A stretch of 64,000 nucleotides of DNA from positions 10,703 to 74,702 of IMG/VR virus record IMGVR_UViG_3300025133_000077; one strand, given 5' to 3'. Positions within the stretch are counted from its first letter, which is position 1. Each line of letters opens with the position of its first letter. The notes beneath the pieces were generated by a model. It made no database searches. It was not told where the DNA came from and worked only from the letters and a program-made list of their open reading frames with translations. A program made the translations under genes and the position numbers. The stretch is from a virus. Of the stretch, positions 27,301 through 37,566 are shown one piece after another.

Positions 27301-29898
27301 GCCACGCTTGTAGGCGACGAAGTCGGAGTCGTTGATGTAGGCGAAGAAGCCGTGGGAGTTCCCGCGCCAGTCCACCCCGAGCACGCCCATCTGCGTGATG
27401 GTCCCGTTCACCGTGTCCTGCAGCTCGATCGCATCCTCGAAGAAGGTGTGGCCGACGCGGGAGAAGTCGTTGCCGCTCCGGTGCAGGAAGAAGCCCTGGG
27501 TCTGGTTGTAGATGTGGCCGCGCCCGCCGTCGGCAGCCGACGGCGTGAACACGGGGCGAGAGCCGTCGAAGTTCATCAGCCGGAGCGACTGGGTCGCCCC
27601 ATCGATGTCGGTGACCAGGTACCAGCCGTCGTTGTTCTCGGTGTCCGTCAAGCGGATCATCGACTGGGAGTAGCTGGGGGCGACTCCGGCCAAGGCTCGG
27701 ATGTTGGAGGTCCCGCCCGGCGCGAAGTTGACGTGCACGAAGCCGTCGGCAGCGTCGACGGCGGAGAACTCCACCACGAAGTGCCGCAGCTCCTCGGGCT
27801 CAGCGGGATCGGTGTGCGTGGTCGCTTCGCGCACCGCCAGCATGTGGTGGCCGTACGCCCGGCCGGCGACTCGATCCTCCTCGTGCACGTAGCCCAGGCG
27901 GCCGTAGCTGTCGCTCTGGAGGACGTGGGTGCTCATGGCCGCGGGGAAGCCGTCGAACCGCCCGGACACGACCTTGTAGCCGTAGTCGCCTCCCGAGGGG
28001 ACCGTGGGGTTCCACTCGCCCGGCTCGACGACCACGTGCTCCATGTCGAGGTAGTCGATGATCACGAACGCGGCACGAAGACGCAACGCCCCCGACACCT
28101 TGCTGACGATCAGGATCTGGCGGCCCACGTCGTCGATCGTGAACTTGGCGCCGTCTGCGTAGACGATGTTGCCGGCCAGGATGGTGGCGCCGGTACCGGA
28201 CTGGGTCTCTTCGGTGTGCGCCGAGGGAACCGCGGGGGTGCGGTTGTTCCACTCCGGGGCATTCCAGTTCACCTCGACGAAGAAGCCTCCGCCTCCTCCC
28301 AGGCCCTGGCCGTCGTAGGCACCCTGCAGGGTGGTCCGGCGATGCAGGAACTCCATCGAGATGAGCGGCTTCCCGGTGCCGTCGAGGGGCCCAGAGTAGA
28401 CGAAGGGGTTGCCCGGGATCGCGTGGGCGAAGGGTGCCTCGGTGAAGTCGTCGGTCGAGTCGACCAACGGCCCCTTCATCTCCTGGATGACCTGCTGGAC
28501 CAGAGAGTCCACTTCCTCCGATGTGGAGACCGCGAGCTTCAGCAGGTAGTCCGTCGGCAGGGTGCGCAGCTGGTAGCCGCCACCCACCACGAGGCGGAAG
28601 CTCTTGCCGGCCGGGATGGGCGGGTCGAAGGACAGCCACACGTCGGTGGCGAACTCGCTGTTGGAGAAGACCTCGACGTTGCCGAGGACGCCGGCAGCAT
28701 CGTTGAGCTCGCCTCGGTCCTCGGGTACCGCTCCTCGGAGGAGGAGCATCTCGTCGGAGTAGACCGACTCGACCTGGTACGTGCCGTCGTGGTTGAAGGG
28801 CACGTCGACGCCGGCCCCGCTGACCTCCACGCGGTCGTAGACATCCACGCCATCGGCCTGGAAGGTCGCGCCGGTGGAGCGGATCGCGGTGTTGTACGCC
28901 ACGGCCGAGATGGCGACGGAGCCCGTCTTCGGGAAGCTGACCCCAAGCAGGTTGCCTCCGTCCATCGGCACCCACGCTGCCACGTCGGGCACCGGGCCCG
29001 CGGGAGGGGTGACTTCGTCGATGAAGGTGGGGGCGGCCACGACTCGCTGCCCGCGCGTCACCGCGGCGACCCGGACGGTCTTCGGGCCCACCATCATCTC
29101 GGCGAGGGTGCCCTCCTCGACGACGGCGAAGTACTGCGAGATCTGCCGCAGAGTGGAGAGCTTCGACAGCCCCTTGCCCAGGTAGATGCGGTCGGACAGC
29201 CCGGAGTCGATCGCACTGATGCCTCCCAGGTTGACCTGCGCCACGTCTCCGCCGGACAGCACGACCCTCGCGGCCCACGGTGCTGCCGTCGGGTCGATGT
29301 TGTCGATGACCATCGGCAGCGCGATGAGCCGGTCCAGGTTGGCCGCGAGGTAGTCCGCGTTGTAGGCCAGGGCGTCGACGGCGCGGTTCAAGACCCCGGC
29401 GGTGACGTCCTCTCCGCCGGTGGCGTAGTGGGTGCCAGCGGGATTGAGCTCGTTGAGTCCTGCCGGGGAGTAGGAGCGGTCTCCTCCGTCGGACGTCGCC
29501 AGGGGATCCGGGTGCAGGGCGAAGCCGATGGAAGGGGCTGCGTCGGCAGGCAGGCCCACGACCGGCTCCACGCGCAGCTGGGCTCCGTCACCTGTCCCGT
29601 GTCCGGTGATGACGAGGAAGCCGCCTTCGTCCGAGGCGGTGGCGTCGATGAGCCCGGTGACGGGCGCGTTGAGCGCGGTGACGACGTCGTTGATGACGTT
29701 GGAGGCCAGGTTCACCGTGCGCAGGGTGGCGACGCCACCGATGGTGACGCGCACCGACAGGCGAGCGGGGACAGCGAAGCTGAACGCGAGCGTGGCGTCG
29801 TCCCGTCGGTTCTCGCTGCGCAGGGAAGGAGGTCCCTGCACCAACGAGTCGGTGTTCCCTCGGAGGAAGGGGCGTCGGAGGAAGCGGAAGTCGCTCAT
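24382..29898 (-). CDS. large tail fibre/spike-like protein (1838 aa)
   Basis: Acidic and beta-rich; GEDVTAGVLNRAVDALAYN and TTLQGAYD motifs; downstream of baseplate genes. Confidence 0.65.
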   Translation of the reverse strand: MSDFRFLRRPFLRGNTDSLVQGPPSLRSENRRDDATLAFSFAVPARLSVRVTIGGVATLRTVNLASNVINDVVTALNAPVTGLIDATASDEGGFLVITGHGTGDGAQLRVEPVVGLPADAAPSIGFALHPDPLATSDGGDRSYSPAGLNELNPAGTHYATGGEDVTAGVLNRAVDALAYNADYLAANLDRLIALPMVIDNIDPTAAPWAARVVLSGGDVAQVNLGGISAIDSGLSDRIYLGKGLSKLSTLRQISQYFAVVEEGTLAEMMVGPKTVRVAAVTRGQRVVAAPTFIDEVTPPAGPVPDVAAWVPMDGGNLLGVSFPKTGSVAISAVAYNTAIRSTGATFQADGVDVYDRVEVSGAGVDVPFNHDGTYQVESVYSDEMLLLRGAVPEDRGELNDAAGVLGNVEVFSNSEFATDVWLSFDPPIPAGKSFRLVVGGGYQLRTLPTDYLLKLAVSTSEEVDSLVQQVIQEMKGPLVDSTDDFTEAPFAHAIPGNPFVYSGPLDGTGKPLISMEFLHRRTTLQGAYDGQGLGGGGGFFVEVNWNAPEWNNRTPAVPSAHTEETQSGTGATILAGNIVYADGAKFTIDDVGRQILIVSKVSGALRLRAAFVIIDYLDMEHVVVEPGEWNPTVPSGGDYGYKVVSGRFDGFPAAMSTHVLQSDSYGRLGYVHEEDRVAGRAYGHHMLAVREATTHTDPAEPEELRHFVVEFSAVDAADGFVHVNFAPGGTSNIRALAGVAPSYSQSMIRLTDTENNDGWYLVTDIDGATQSLRLMNFDGSRPVFTPSAADGGRGHIYNQTQGFFLHRSGNDFSRVGHTFFEDAIELQDTVNGTITQMGVLGVDWRGNSHGFFAYINDSDFVAYKRGDAAVGSAAYLSSYMPANGLESWHSGAQEGDDLSPEGNNPATALERGGWAGAFLADTYSMDGSAQDPLMRGTALYLAQQGTDSALVAVGWQNGGVHSTPPSPDDLTFVDGKATAVIAREDQWSMMQSGAGEFLGALYQWDPRSFWSEGGNLHNMYGGIYTELPMGSRFSNSPIAVDATRYHTTAVDGTMKLARLGQPGQVLPPKHDSASFSVLLFPPDPTKSRSARSSGFLVWDGDASERKITEDPAAYIGQQMKLDAVDDQYDGVYTIINVYIPEGENPRYWVEVLKEGVTLPTDIGENKASILGSRWHFANVDLESFAMLGTRRIEAGKVAAFDLGAIAGVTSLSLDSTIPAARRDYANGAGIINANPGSWSLGLQLGTSRHPIANEAWHPLAEPLGDGGAATALTNFESGEWAFRVSGPVKYNIDTRFDESFDGETSGGIHIRWDVALDGGNPFNPEDLFAYVKTGQHTFKHHYSYKVTLRLKHLAAGPQATGQNKTIRVALVDGIGGNLISVEKSFTMTFDPEDEQAVQLTFNSAEMGFDLREDTADALESGSPVILRLALGDTLPPEAASSLDLYVFQAAVENMQRSAVAGHLVTTGATVASGFELHTEALDWKSYGPGNAGPYGGIGYGDMRAYGAVGTDDHGYADPPTVSWIRKDENEEFIDMMSPANYWFRGRNDAAFIFLGGKFAPPVSVGGGTLGHKTLDAGRRGGMVGHVVPLDPPHGSILSTLSVVTSIFPAINPIVMKTKDDGSHVPTWCVFRDVDCESDPGLQGTGIAREGFLIEVWRQSVLPTENLPQDPRGNTVAATEVVSWQAFGGGFGELIHQEVVDLEGVPLPAQPDPQSISTINSLHTDCSILTGGDFYNDDAFLLTKIDLTDPFGTPKNERLLQVDRRQYSYSLVIKCWGVGSITEYQFLDGIGVAGDYAFPGATRWGIPNHDSGSSPNWSDFTRFRFRGATLGCRYTRMNP

Positions 29899-30558
29899 CT
29901 ACACGACCCTCAGCTCGTAGATGACCTCGAGCGTGCGGTTCAGGTTCTTGGTGAAGGGGTCGAAGGGCTTGTAGCCGACCGGCGCCTGGATGGAGGCCGT
30001 GGCGTGATCGGTCGGGCGGCCCACTGCGTTGTTGTTCGCGGGGTCGCCGTCGGTGAAGCAGCCGAACTCCGTCAGGGTGACGGGCCCGCCCATGCTGAGC
30101 TCGTTCTCCGCGTACTCGCGCTTGAGCTGGACCGCGGTACGCGCGGTGCCGAGGGAGGCGGACGGGAAGGTCGCGGGGACCTGGGCAGGGGCCAGGAACT
30201 CACCAGCGCGGTACTCCACGGGAGCGACCAGCCGAGACACCTCTGCGACCTCGGGGGTCGCCCCGGTACCGAAGCCGAAGTAGCGCAGCGCGTCGTCGCG
30301 GTGCTTGGCTCTCGCGGGGACCAGGGCAGCGAGGGTGATCGTCTCGACGATGAACTCGCGCCCGGTCAGCGTCCAGATGTTGTGGCCCTCGCGACGGGTC
30401 ACCAGCTTGCCGCGTTCGCGGAGCTCCATCTTGAGGAAGCCGCCGATGCGGGGGCCGTCTTCGCCGCCCCCGCCGCCCGAGCCTCCACGGAAGCCGCGCC
30501 GGCCGCCGAAGAAGATGCGGTCCAGAATCGCCGCCTTCTCGCCGAACTTGAAGTCCAT
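29899..30558 (-). CDS. baseplate/tail-collar associated protein
   Basis: HNIWTLTGRE, YFGFGTG, LTEFGCF, FTK......EVIYEL pattern. Confidence 0.6.
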   Translation of the reverse strand: MDFKFGEKAAILDRIFFGGRRGFRGGSGGGGGEDGPRIGGFLKMELRERGKLVTRREGHNIWTLTGREFIVETITLAALVPARAKHRDDALRYFGFGTGATPEVAEVSRLVAPVEYRAGEFLAPAQVPATFPSASLGTARTAVQLKREYAENELSMGGPVTLTEFGCFTDGDPANNNAVGRPTDHATASIQAPVGYKPFDPFTKNLNRTLEVIYELRVV

Positions 30559-30560
30559 GT

Positions 30561-33500
30561 CTACCTCTTGACTCGCAGGATCCTACCAGTTGTCGCCCCC
30601 AGGGGCAGACTCCTCGTGAGCGTGAGCGTGCCCGCCGACACCTCTGCGATCACGTAGTTGCCCGGGGAGACGGAGAAGGTCTCCAGCTCATCCCCAGGCC
30701 GCACACCCAGAAGACCGAAGTCCACTCCGAGCAGGGAGACTACCTGATCCCCCGCACCCACCACGTTGAAGTCCGCCGAGTCCCTCAGGACGCGAGCGTT
30801 CTCCAGGCCGGCGCCCTGGAGATGAGCTGCCACCCCGAGGGAGACACCTGCCACAGAGTCCAGCAGGTACACCCCGCTGTCCACCCCTCCTTCAACCTGG
30901 AGGAAGTCCGTGGGGACTGCGCCGGCGGGAGGAGCGGTGGCGGTGAAGACGCTGCCTGTCGAGCTGACCTGGAACCCGGAAGCAACCACTGAACGAGGCC
31001 GGTAGAGGGCCAGGACCAGCTCGGTCTGCGGGAAGAAGTCGAGGACCTGGTTGGCGAGCATGCCGTCGAACTCGGAGAGCTCGGCGCGGGTGATGGTCGC
31101 GTTGGCCGGCTTCCCCGCGGCGCTGGGTGGGGCGGGGCGGACGTAGACGTCGGTGTCGGACAGCACGTCGACGACCTGGTACGTGCCCTTGCCGGCCTCC
31201 CCGAGCACCTTCAGCTCGTCGCCGAAGCGCAGCATCTTCAGGTCGAGGTCGGCTCCGGCCATGACGACGACGTTCGTGCCGTCGGTGATCGCCTGCGCCT
31301 CCACCAAGGGATTGGTCTCGAGCACGGGTCGCCGGATCTCGTAAGACACCGACGCCCCTCCCAGCGGAGGAGCCGGCTCCACCACCAGTTGGAACCAGGG
31401 GTAGAGGCCGGGGCCGGGGTTGAGGACCTCCCGGATGTGGTACACGCCTCGGCCCGTGGCGCTGGTGATGATCAGCCGGTCGTCGACGGACACACCCTCG
31501 GTGAAGAGGCACTTCCCCGAGAGGTCCTGCACCACGTTGGGCGCAGAGGGGTGTCCTCCGTCCAGCGTGAGCGTGGTCCCCGTCGTGATGGGGTTCCGGG
31601 CGGGCCGGAAGACGAAGAAGGACTGCTCCGTCCCGGCCTGCACTCCCAGGAGTGCAGGGGAGGGGACGTCGTACTGCGACTGCGCCGTCACCTCGATCGC
31701 GGTGTCCGACGGGACGGAGTCCACGAGGAACCACCCCTTGTTGGGTCCCTCGAAGATCCGGAGCAGGTCCCCGGGCCTGACCAACGGGGAGCCGTGCTGC
31801 ACCGTCACCACGTCGTACCCGACGTACGGAGCAACGGTCAGTGGGTCGATGAAGCCGCCCCGGGCCGACGTGAAGGTGAGCGGCCCCGCTCCTCCCGCCG
31901 GCGTCTCCAGGTCCCTGCCCATGAAGAGCATCCTGGAGTTCATGGGGCCGATGTTCACGTGCTGCAGGATCAGGCCCGAGCCGTTCGTCGAGTCCGCGGC
32001 GGCCAGGGCCTCGATGCGGCCGAAGGGGTCGTCGATGAGGCGGGAGCGCACGGCGAAGTAGAGACCGTCCTCGATCGTCACCTCGTCGACGAGCGGCTTG
32101 ACCATCACCACGTCCACGTCGGTCCAGGCCGGGTCCATCGCCCGGGCGAACTGCTCCACCAAGTCCATGTCCGAGGAGTCGGTGACGTCGACGTTGGCCC
32201 TCAGCGTCCAGGTGTGGAACTTCCTCAGCTCTGCGGCGGTGTCCCCCTGCAGGAACTTCCCCATCCACCAGCCGGGGGTCTCGACGTAGTCGGTGGTGAT
32301 CACGCCCTTGGCCAGGGACGCGAACCGCTCCACGGTGTCGCCCACTGCGTAGGGGCGCCCGGTCACCGGGTTCGTCTCCAGGCCGGAGTAGTCGGTGAGC
32401 GTCTCGTTGGTGAGGGGCTTGTAGAAGTAGAGCCGCACCACCCCCGCGGGCTCGCCCTCCTGGGTCAGATCCTCGACGAGAAGGCGGCCAAGCTCCGCAA
32501 CGCCGTCGGCGTCGACGCGGTAGTCGTCCTTCACGTCCCGGATGATCCCCCGCACGTCAGCCAGGGGGAGCCCCAACAGGACCTGGGCGCCCAGGCGCAG
32601 GTTGCTGAGGAGCGGTCCGGTGGCCCAGGCGTACATCAGGGCCAGGACGGCCTCGCGGTACGTGGTGGAGGAGGTCTCCTGGTCGGAGAGCTGCTCGCGG
32701 GTGAGGGAGACGAGGGTGCCGAAGTTGTTCTCGATCGCCTCGGAGTTGTCGACGAAGGTGGTCTCGGCCCACAGCCTCTCGGGCGCGGGACTGGTCGGGC
32801 CGTAGGTGCCAGGGACGAAGCGGAGGTACTTGTCCGGCAGCCGGCGGATCAGGGTGTAGGCGAGGCCGGTGCCCGTGACCGAGAAGACTGCCCCGGTCGT
32901 CACCCGGACGGCCTGGAGCTGCGTCTCGGAGAGGGCCTGGAGCACGACGTAGTTCTCGTCCAAGACCTCGAGGAGGTCGCCCACCTCGACCCCGCGACTG
33001 AGGAACATGCCCGTCGCCGAGGTGAAGATCTCCGACCCCGCGCTGATGGCCCCGTCCGTGCCGAAGAGATCCCCCTCTCCCTCGATCACGTAGTCCCGGT
33101 TCTCCACGAGGTCCGCGGGGTCCCGCGGGATGGTGGTCCTCGCGCCGTCTCGAGTCAGGATGTCGAAGGTGCCGTCGTCGCCCTCGATCGCGAACGTCTT
33201 GCCCACGTACTCCTGCAAGCAGGGCACGGACACAACGTCCTCGTCAACGGGGAGGAGGGTGTTGCGCGACAGGTACTGCGCCGAGATCCGGAAGGAGAAC
33301 CCGGCCACGGTGAAGACGGTGTCCTTCGTGTGGGGCAGGTTGTTGTACCGGGCCCGGAAGGCGAGGCTGCTCAACGCGGTGTCGACGGCGAGAGCTTCTC
33401 CCTCCAGGAGGGGATCCCCCATCGCGTCGTAGGAGGCGCCGGGGATCCCCAAGGCCAGGGCGAGGTCCACCTTCTCCTTGGTCGTCAGCCCCGTGGGGCC

Positions 33501-35267
33501 TCCCGGAATCACGGGCTGGGTTCCGACGACGACGCCGGCTCGCCCTGAGGCCGCTCCGACGATCGTGCAGGGCACCTCTGCGGAGCGCCCCGAAGAGATG
33601 TTCTCCACCCGCAGAGCGAGAACGTCCCCTGCCCGTGCCCCGAGGTCCTCGAGGTCGGTGTTCGGGGTGTACAGCGTGGCGGGAAGACGCCACGCCACTC
33701 CGGAGACCCCTGTGACGAGGGAGGGCTCGTCCACCACCGCCAGGCTCACTGGGCCGGGGCCCAGCGGGGCCTCGAGCTGCGCGGAGTCGTTGCGGACCCT
33801 GCGCAGAGCGTAGGCGCGGTCGTTGAGGACCAGGACCCGGCCTTCGGCCGTGGCGATGGGCGGGAGCCGGAACGTCACCCCTTCCTGGGGGAAGGTGCCG
33901 GCGAATCGACCGGCGATCAGGTACCCGTCGCCGGCTCCGTTCAGTCCGCTGATGACGTACTGCCCCGAGGTCTGTGCCCCGAAGACTCCGATGGACCTGC
34001 CCACGGCAGCGGGCCACGCGAACTGCTCCCCGACCACGATCTCCCTGGGACTCCGAATCGTGGCGAGGCCCTCCTGCTCCTGTCCGTCCAAGAGCGTGAA
34101 GTCGCCCTCCGCGGAGGGCACCCACACGACGTCCGTGTACGGGCTCGCCACCGCGGCCTCGACCAGCCCGCTGACGACGTTGTGCAGCGTGTAGGTGTCC
34201 GTCCTCGTCGAGGACATCTCCCGGTCCAGCTGCAGCGACAGAGGAGTGGGGGTCCCTACGGCGGCGATGAGGTAGTCCCCTGCGTTCGGGCCGGAGGGGA
34301 CCCTCAGCACGTCGCCGGCGTCCAGGCCGGCGATGAGGGTGAAGTTCGTCGCCGGCGTCGTGACTACGTCGCTGCCCTCCACCGAGGACAGGTCCAGTCC
34401 CGTGCCCAGCTGCTCCCCGGCCACGTCGGGGAAGGGCGTGGTCCGCGACATCAGGTAGGACATCCTGTGCCCGGTGACCGCGTAGATGGTGTAGCTGCCC
34501 AGGTTGGCGCCGGCGCTGGTCAGGAGCTCCAGGGTCTTGCCGACTGCGTCCGCCTTCACTGCCCCGGCAGTGACCACGAACTCTCTGTCCGAGAGCAGGT
34601 AGCCCGACAGCGGCTCGCCCACGGTGCCCGTGGTCGCGGAGGTGCCGTCCGCTTCCCCTCCAAAGAGGAAGGTGTACTCCTCGTCCACCAGGGGGATGCG
34701 GGGCAGGTACTGCTCCCACCGGCGCTGCCGAGACTCGAGGATGGTGTGGATCGACTTGTCGTAGTCGGCCTGAAGCGCGTCCAGCAGAACCGCCGCACCC
34801 TGCTGCTGGAACCCAGACCACACGATGGGCAGCACTTCGCTGTCCGCCATGTGCTGCAGGAAGTCGTTGATCACCCTGAAGAAGAAGCGGCCGTCCGGCT
34901 GGATGTCCGAGCAGAGCGGGACCTGCACCACCTGCACGTTGACCGTGGCCTGGGAGAGAGAGCTGGAGTACTGCCCGTCGTTGACGACCAGCCCCACCAC
35001 GTAGGTGCCGGTGATGTCGGGAGCGAAGCCGACCGCCGAGCCGTCGGGAGCCAGCTCCTCGAAGGAGCTGGCGCCGAGGGCGCTGCCGATGGGGACTTCG
35101 ACGAAGGACCAGGTGTAGCTGAGCGGATCCCCCTCGGGATCAGAGCTGCCGCGCCCGTCCAGACGGACGACTGCGCCGACCATGCTCCTCTGCTCCGCCG
35201 GGTACACCCGTGCCGTAGGGGCTTGGTTCCCTGGCTGCATCCCGACGTTGAAGAACTGGTCGACCAC
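30561..35267 (-). CDS. large baseplate wedge-like protein with N-terminal PKD/Ig domain (1568 aa)
   Basis: V.LDGRGSSDPEGDPLSYTWS...F.PD..GTY...L.VNDG; central NFG.LV...Y..AV.ALMYAW..GP helical segment; repeated beta modules. Confidence 0.7.
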   Translation of the reverse strand: MVDQFFNVGMQPGNQAPTARVYPAEQRSMVGAVVRLDGRGSSDPEGDPLSYTWSFVEVPIGSALGASSFEELAPDGSAVGFAPDITGTYVVGLVVNDGQYSSSLSQATVNVQVVQVPLCSDIQPDGRFFFRVINDFLQHMADSEVLPIVWSGFQQQGAAVLLDALQADYDKSIHTILESRQRRWEQYLPRIPLVDEEYTFLFGGEADGTSATTGTVGEPLSGYLLSDREFVVTAGAVKADAVGKTLELLTSAGANLGSYTIYAVTGHRMSYLMSRTTPFPDVAGEQLGTGLDLSSVEGSDVVTTPATNFTLIAGLDAGDVLRVPSGPNAGDYLIAAVGTPTPLSLQLDREMSSTRTDTYTLHNVVSGLVEAAVASPYTDVVWVPSAEGDFTLLDGQEQEGLATIRSPREIVVGEQFAWPAAVGRSIGVFGAQTSGQYVISGLNGAGDGYLIAGRFAGTFPQEGVTFRLPPIATAEGRVLVLNDRAYALRRVRNDSAQLEAPLGPGPVSLAVVDEPSLVTGVSGVAWRLPATLYTPNTDLEDLGARAGDVLALRVENISSGRSAEVPCTIVGAASGRAGVVVGTQPVIPGGPTGLTTKEKVDLALALGIPGASYDAMGDPLLEGEALAVDTALSSLAFRARYNNLPHTKDTVFTVAGFSFRISAQYLSRNTLLPVDEDVVSVPCLQEYVGKTFAIEGDDGTFDILTRDGARTTIPRDPADLVENRDYVIEGEGDLFGTDGAISAGSEIFTSATGMFLSRGVEVGDLLEVLDENYVVLQALSETQLQAVRVTTGAVFSVTGTGLAYTLIRRLPDKYLRFVPGTYGPTSPAPERLWAETTFVDNSEAIENNFGTLVSLTREQLSDQETSSTTYREAVLALMYAWATGPLLSNLRLGAQVLLGLPLADVRGIIRDVKDDYRVDADGVAELGRLLVEDLTQEGEPAGVVRLYFYKPLTNETLTDYSGLETNPVTGRPYAVGDTVERFASLAKGVITTDYVETPGWWMGKFLQGDTAAELRKFHTWTLRANVDVTDSSDMDLVEQFARAMDPAWTDVDVVMVKPLVDEVTIEDGLYFAVRSRLIDDPFGRIEALAAADSTNGSGLILQHVNIGPMNSRMLFMGRDLETPAGGAGPLTFTSARGGFIDPLTVAPYVGYDVVTVQHGSPLVRPGDLLRIFEGPNKGWFLVDSVPSDTAIEVTAQSQYDVPSPALLGVQAGTEQSFFVFRPARNPITTGTTLTLDGGHPSAPNVVQDLSGKCLFTEGVSVDDRLIITSATGRGVYHIREVLNPGPGLYPWFQLVVEPAPPLGGASVSYEIRRPVLETNPLVEAQAITDGTNVVVMAGADLDLKMLRFGDELKVLGEAGKGTYQVVDVLSDTDVYVRPAPPSAAGKPANATITRAELSEFDGMLANQVLDFFPQTELVLALYRPRSVVASGFQVSSTGSVFTATAPPAGAVPTDFLQVEGGVDSGVYLLDSVAGVSLGVAAHLQGAGLENARVLRDSADFNVVGAGDQVVSLLGVDFGLLGVRPGDELETFSVSPGNYVIAEVSAGTLTLTRSLPLGATTGRILRVKR

Positions 35268-37552
35268 TAGATCCCATCCACCTGCACGACCAGCTCCGAG
35301 AGGGAGTCGAACACGAACTCCTGCTCCAGGGCAGGTACCTCCGGCCGCACGGCGACATCGTACCCATCGCCCACGGCGTAGACGACACGCCTCCAGTAGC
35401 TGGTCGAAGCTCGGTCTCCGTCAAACGATCCGAAGCCCACCCCAGCGCCGAACAGGGTGGGAGCCAAGTCCACCTCGTCCCAGGGAATCGAGATCTTCTG
35501 GACGCCGTCCACGAAGAGACGCAGCGCCTGGCGCGGCTTCTTCTCCAGCCGGTAGGTGTGCGTGGAGAGGAAGGAGACCTCTGTGGAGATCGCCTTGCCT
35601 GCGTCCGTCTGGTTGATGACCTCGAGGAGAGAGGCAGCGGGGTCAGCGCCCGGCAGGTAGGCGAACTGTCCGCCCGCCGTGGCCACGAACCGCAGCTGAG
35701 CCGCCTCCGCACCGTCGTCGAGGGCTACGCCGGCAGAGACGGGCGTGTTCAACGCTCCGACCCCTCCCAGGTCATTGGTGAAGGAGGAGACCCTGAAGCG
35801 GGCCTCGACCGACATGCCCAGCAGGGCGCTGAAGGAGGGCACGGTGCGCCAGAAGTACCTGACCTCGGTGCCTGCCCCGTACCCATCGTCCTGGATCTTC
35901 AGCTCGGCGCCCACAATCGCGTCGGCCCCGGGGCCCGGCGACACACGAGTCCACGCAAGGGAGGCCGCGTCCGGCACAGCCCCCTCGACCGCGTCGAAGC
36001 CGCGGGCGTTGGTGCTGTAGAGGAGGCGGCGGAGCTCCGTCTTGCCGAAGACGTCGCGACCTGCGTAGGAGTAGACGTGGCCAATGCGGATCTGCCCAGA
36101 GGTCACGTCGGCGGGGAGTGCAGAGAGGGTCCCCGTGGCGTAGGGGGTGTCATCGTCGCCGATGAACAGGTCCACCCGGTCCAGGTCGGGGTTCGCCCAG
36201 AGCCGGACCGTGACCGGGACCTCCCAGTCGACTTCCGCCCCTGTCGCGTACGAGGTCCCGAGGTGCGCTCCTCCCGCCTGCAGCACCCCGACCCGCTTGA
36301 TGGCGTAGTCGTCGAGGAGCGCCACCAGGAGAGCGTCTGCTCCATCGAAGATCTCCACGCCGATGCCCGTGGCCTCCACCGCCAGATGGGCGACGTCAGA
36401 GGCCAGCAGCTCCATCTCCAGCCAGAACCCCTCCGCCAGGTCCAGGCTGGGCTCCTCCCGCACCAGGTAGCCCGGGAGTCCTCCGTTCGCGGTGCCCGAG
36501 AGCTTGTCCAGTCGGAGGCCTCCCGCGACCTGGACCATCGCCACATCTCCGCTCTGCAGGGACGTCCGCCACGGGAGGTCCGCCTTGTCCGGAAGGGCAG
36601 AGAAGTCGGCCTCGACGATGTCCGACGGCCGCAGGTACAGGTGCACCCCGGGGCGAGGCAGCCCTCCCTCGATGAGCAGCTTGCCGAAGCCGAAGGAGCG
36701 GATGAAGTCACACTGGATCTCATCTCCCGGGGTGGCGCTGTCCAGGTTCACCAGGGCGTAGATCTGCTGCGGAGCGTCTGCTGCGGACCCCAAGGGAACT
36801 TGGTCCAGGGCCACTCCACTGATGAAGGACGGCTCGGTGCTCAACGTGGCGGAGTACGCCTTCGTTGCCACGGCATCGGGATCGTCGACATCCCGCAGGT
36901 ACACGTCGACCTTGTCGAGGAGCAGGTCCCACACCGTCTTGATCGCGACGCCCAGGGACCAGTCGTACACCACGCTGGAGCTCCCTGGGCGAGTGCCTGA
37001 CCCGTCATCAGCCGGGGAGACCAGCAGCGACTTCGTGACGCCGTCGTCCATGAGGAAGACGAAGATCCCCTTCTTGGTGGGCCCGTGGACGAAGCCGGCA
37101 CAGGCGCCCTGGTAGTCCGCGTCGGCGATGTAGGCCTCGGCGCCCGCGGTCAGGGTGACGGGCCGCAGCGAGACCTCTGCCATGTGCAGCGCCCCCTGTA
37201 CCGGAGAGGAGACCACCTGCGCCCCACGGTGGGCTGGCGCCCCCGCCCTCGTCATCACCAACTTCCCGCCGACGAGGGCGCGGGCCACCTCGACTCCGGC
37301 GGGGACCGCAGTGGGGCCTGCGTCCGAGAAGGCGGCAACTGAAGAGTTGCCTCTCTCCATGACCAGAGGATCGTCCTCCGGCAACAGCAGGTTGGCGGTG
37401 AAGTTGGCCTGCGAGTACGACGCCTGTACGCACAGAGTGGTCAGGTCGATCCGCGTAGCCACGTCGCGTAGCCCGAGGTGGTAGTCGTCCTCCAGCAGCA
37501 TCCCAGTTGCTTCAGGGGGCGGCTGGCGGTTGCCGATCCAGGGGGAGGCCAT
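35267..37552 (-). CDS. virion structural protein with lectin/LamG-like beta-sandwich repeats
   Basis: Beta-rich; HTYRL....LRLFVDG and VDLFIGD type motifs; within the tail operon. Confidence 0.6.
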   Translation of the reverse strand: MASPWIGNRQPPPEATGMLLEDDYHLGLRDVATRIDLTTLCVQASYSQANFTANLLLPEDDPLVMERGNSSVAAFSDAGPTAVPAGVEVARALVGGKLVMTRAGAPAHRGAQVVSSPVQGALHMAEVSLRPVTLTAGAEAYIADADYQGACAGFVHGPTKKGIFVFLMDDGVTKSLLVSPADDGSGTRPGSSSVVYDWSLGVAIKTVWDLLLDKVDVYLRDVDDPDAVATKAYSATLSTEPSFISGVALDQVPLGSAADAPQQIYALVNLDSATPGDEIQCDFIRSFGFGKLLIEGGLPRPGVHLYLRPSDIVEADFSALPDKADLPWRTSLQSGDVAMVQVAGGLRLDKLSGTANGGLPGYLVREEPSLDLAEGFWLEMELLASDVAHLAVEATGIGVEIFDGADALLVALLDDYAIKRVGVLQAGGAHLGTSYATGAEVDWEVPVTVRLWANPDLDRVDLFIGDDDTPYATGTLSALPADVTSGQIRIGHVYSYAGRDVFGKTELRRLLYSTNARGFDAVEGAVPDAASLAWTRVSPGPGADAIVGAELKIQDDGYGAGTEVRYFWRTVPSFSALLGMSVEARFRVSSFTNDLGGVGALNTPVSAGVALDDGAEAAQLRFVATAGGQFAYLPGADPAASLLEVINQTDAGKAISTEVSFLSTHTYRLEKKPRQALRLFVDGVQKISIPWDEVDLAPTLFGAGVGFGSFDGDRASTSYWRRVVYAVGDGYDVAVRPEVPALEQEFVFDSLSELVVQVDGI

Positions 37553-37566
37553 GCTACGCTCCCGCC

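Noticed and set aside
25843-30657. 1604-aa plus-strand ORF, and similar long ORFs at 38975-43354, 44422-47211, 31389-33548, 2283-4307 and 13835-15913
   Set aside because: Antisense shadows of real genes in high-GC DNA: Arg/Gly/His/Val-rich, no motifs, and the opposite strand carries recognisable proteins.
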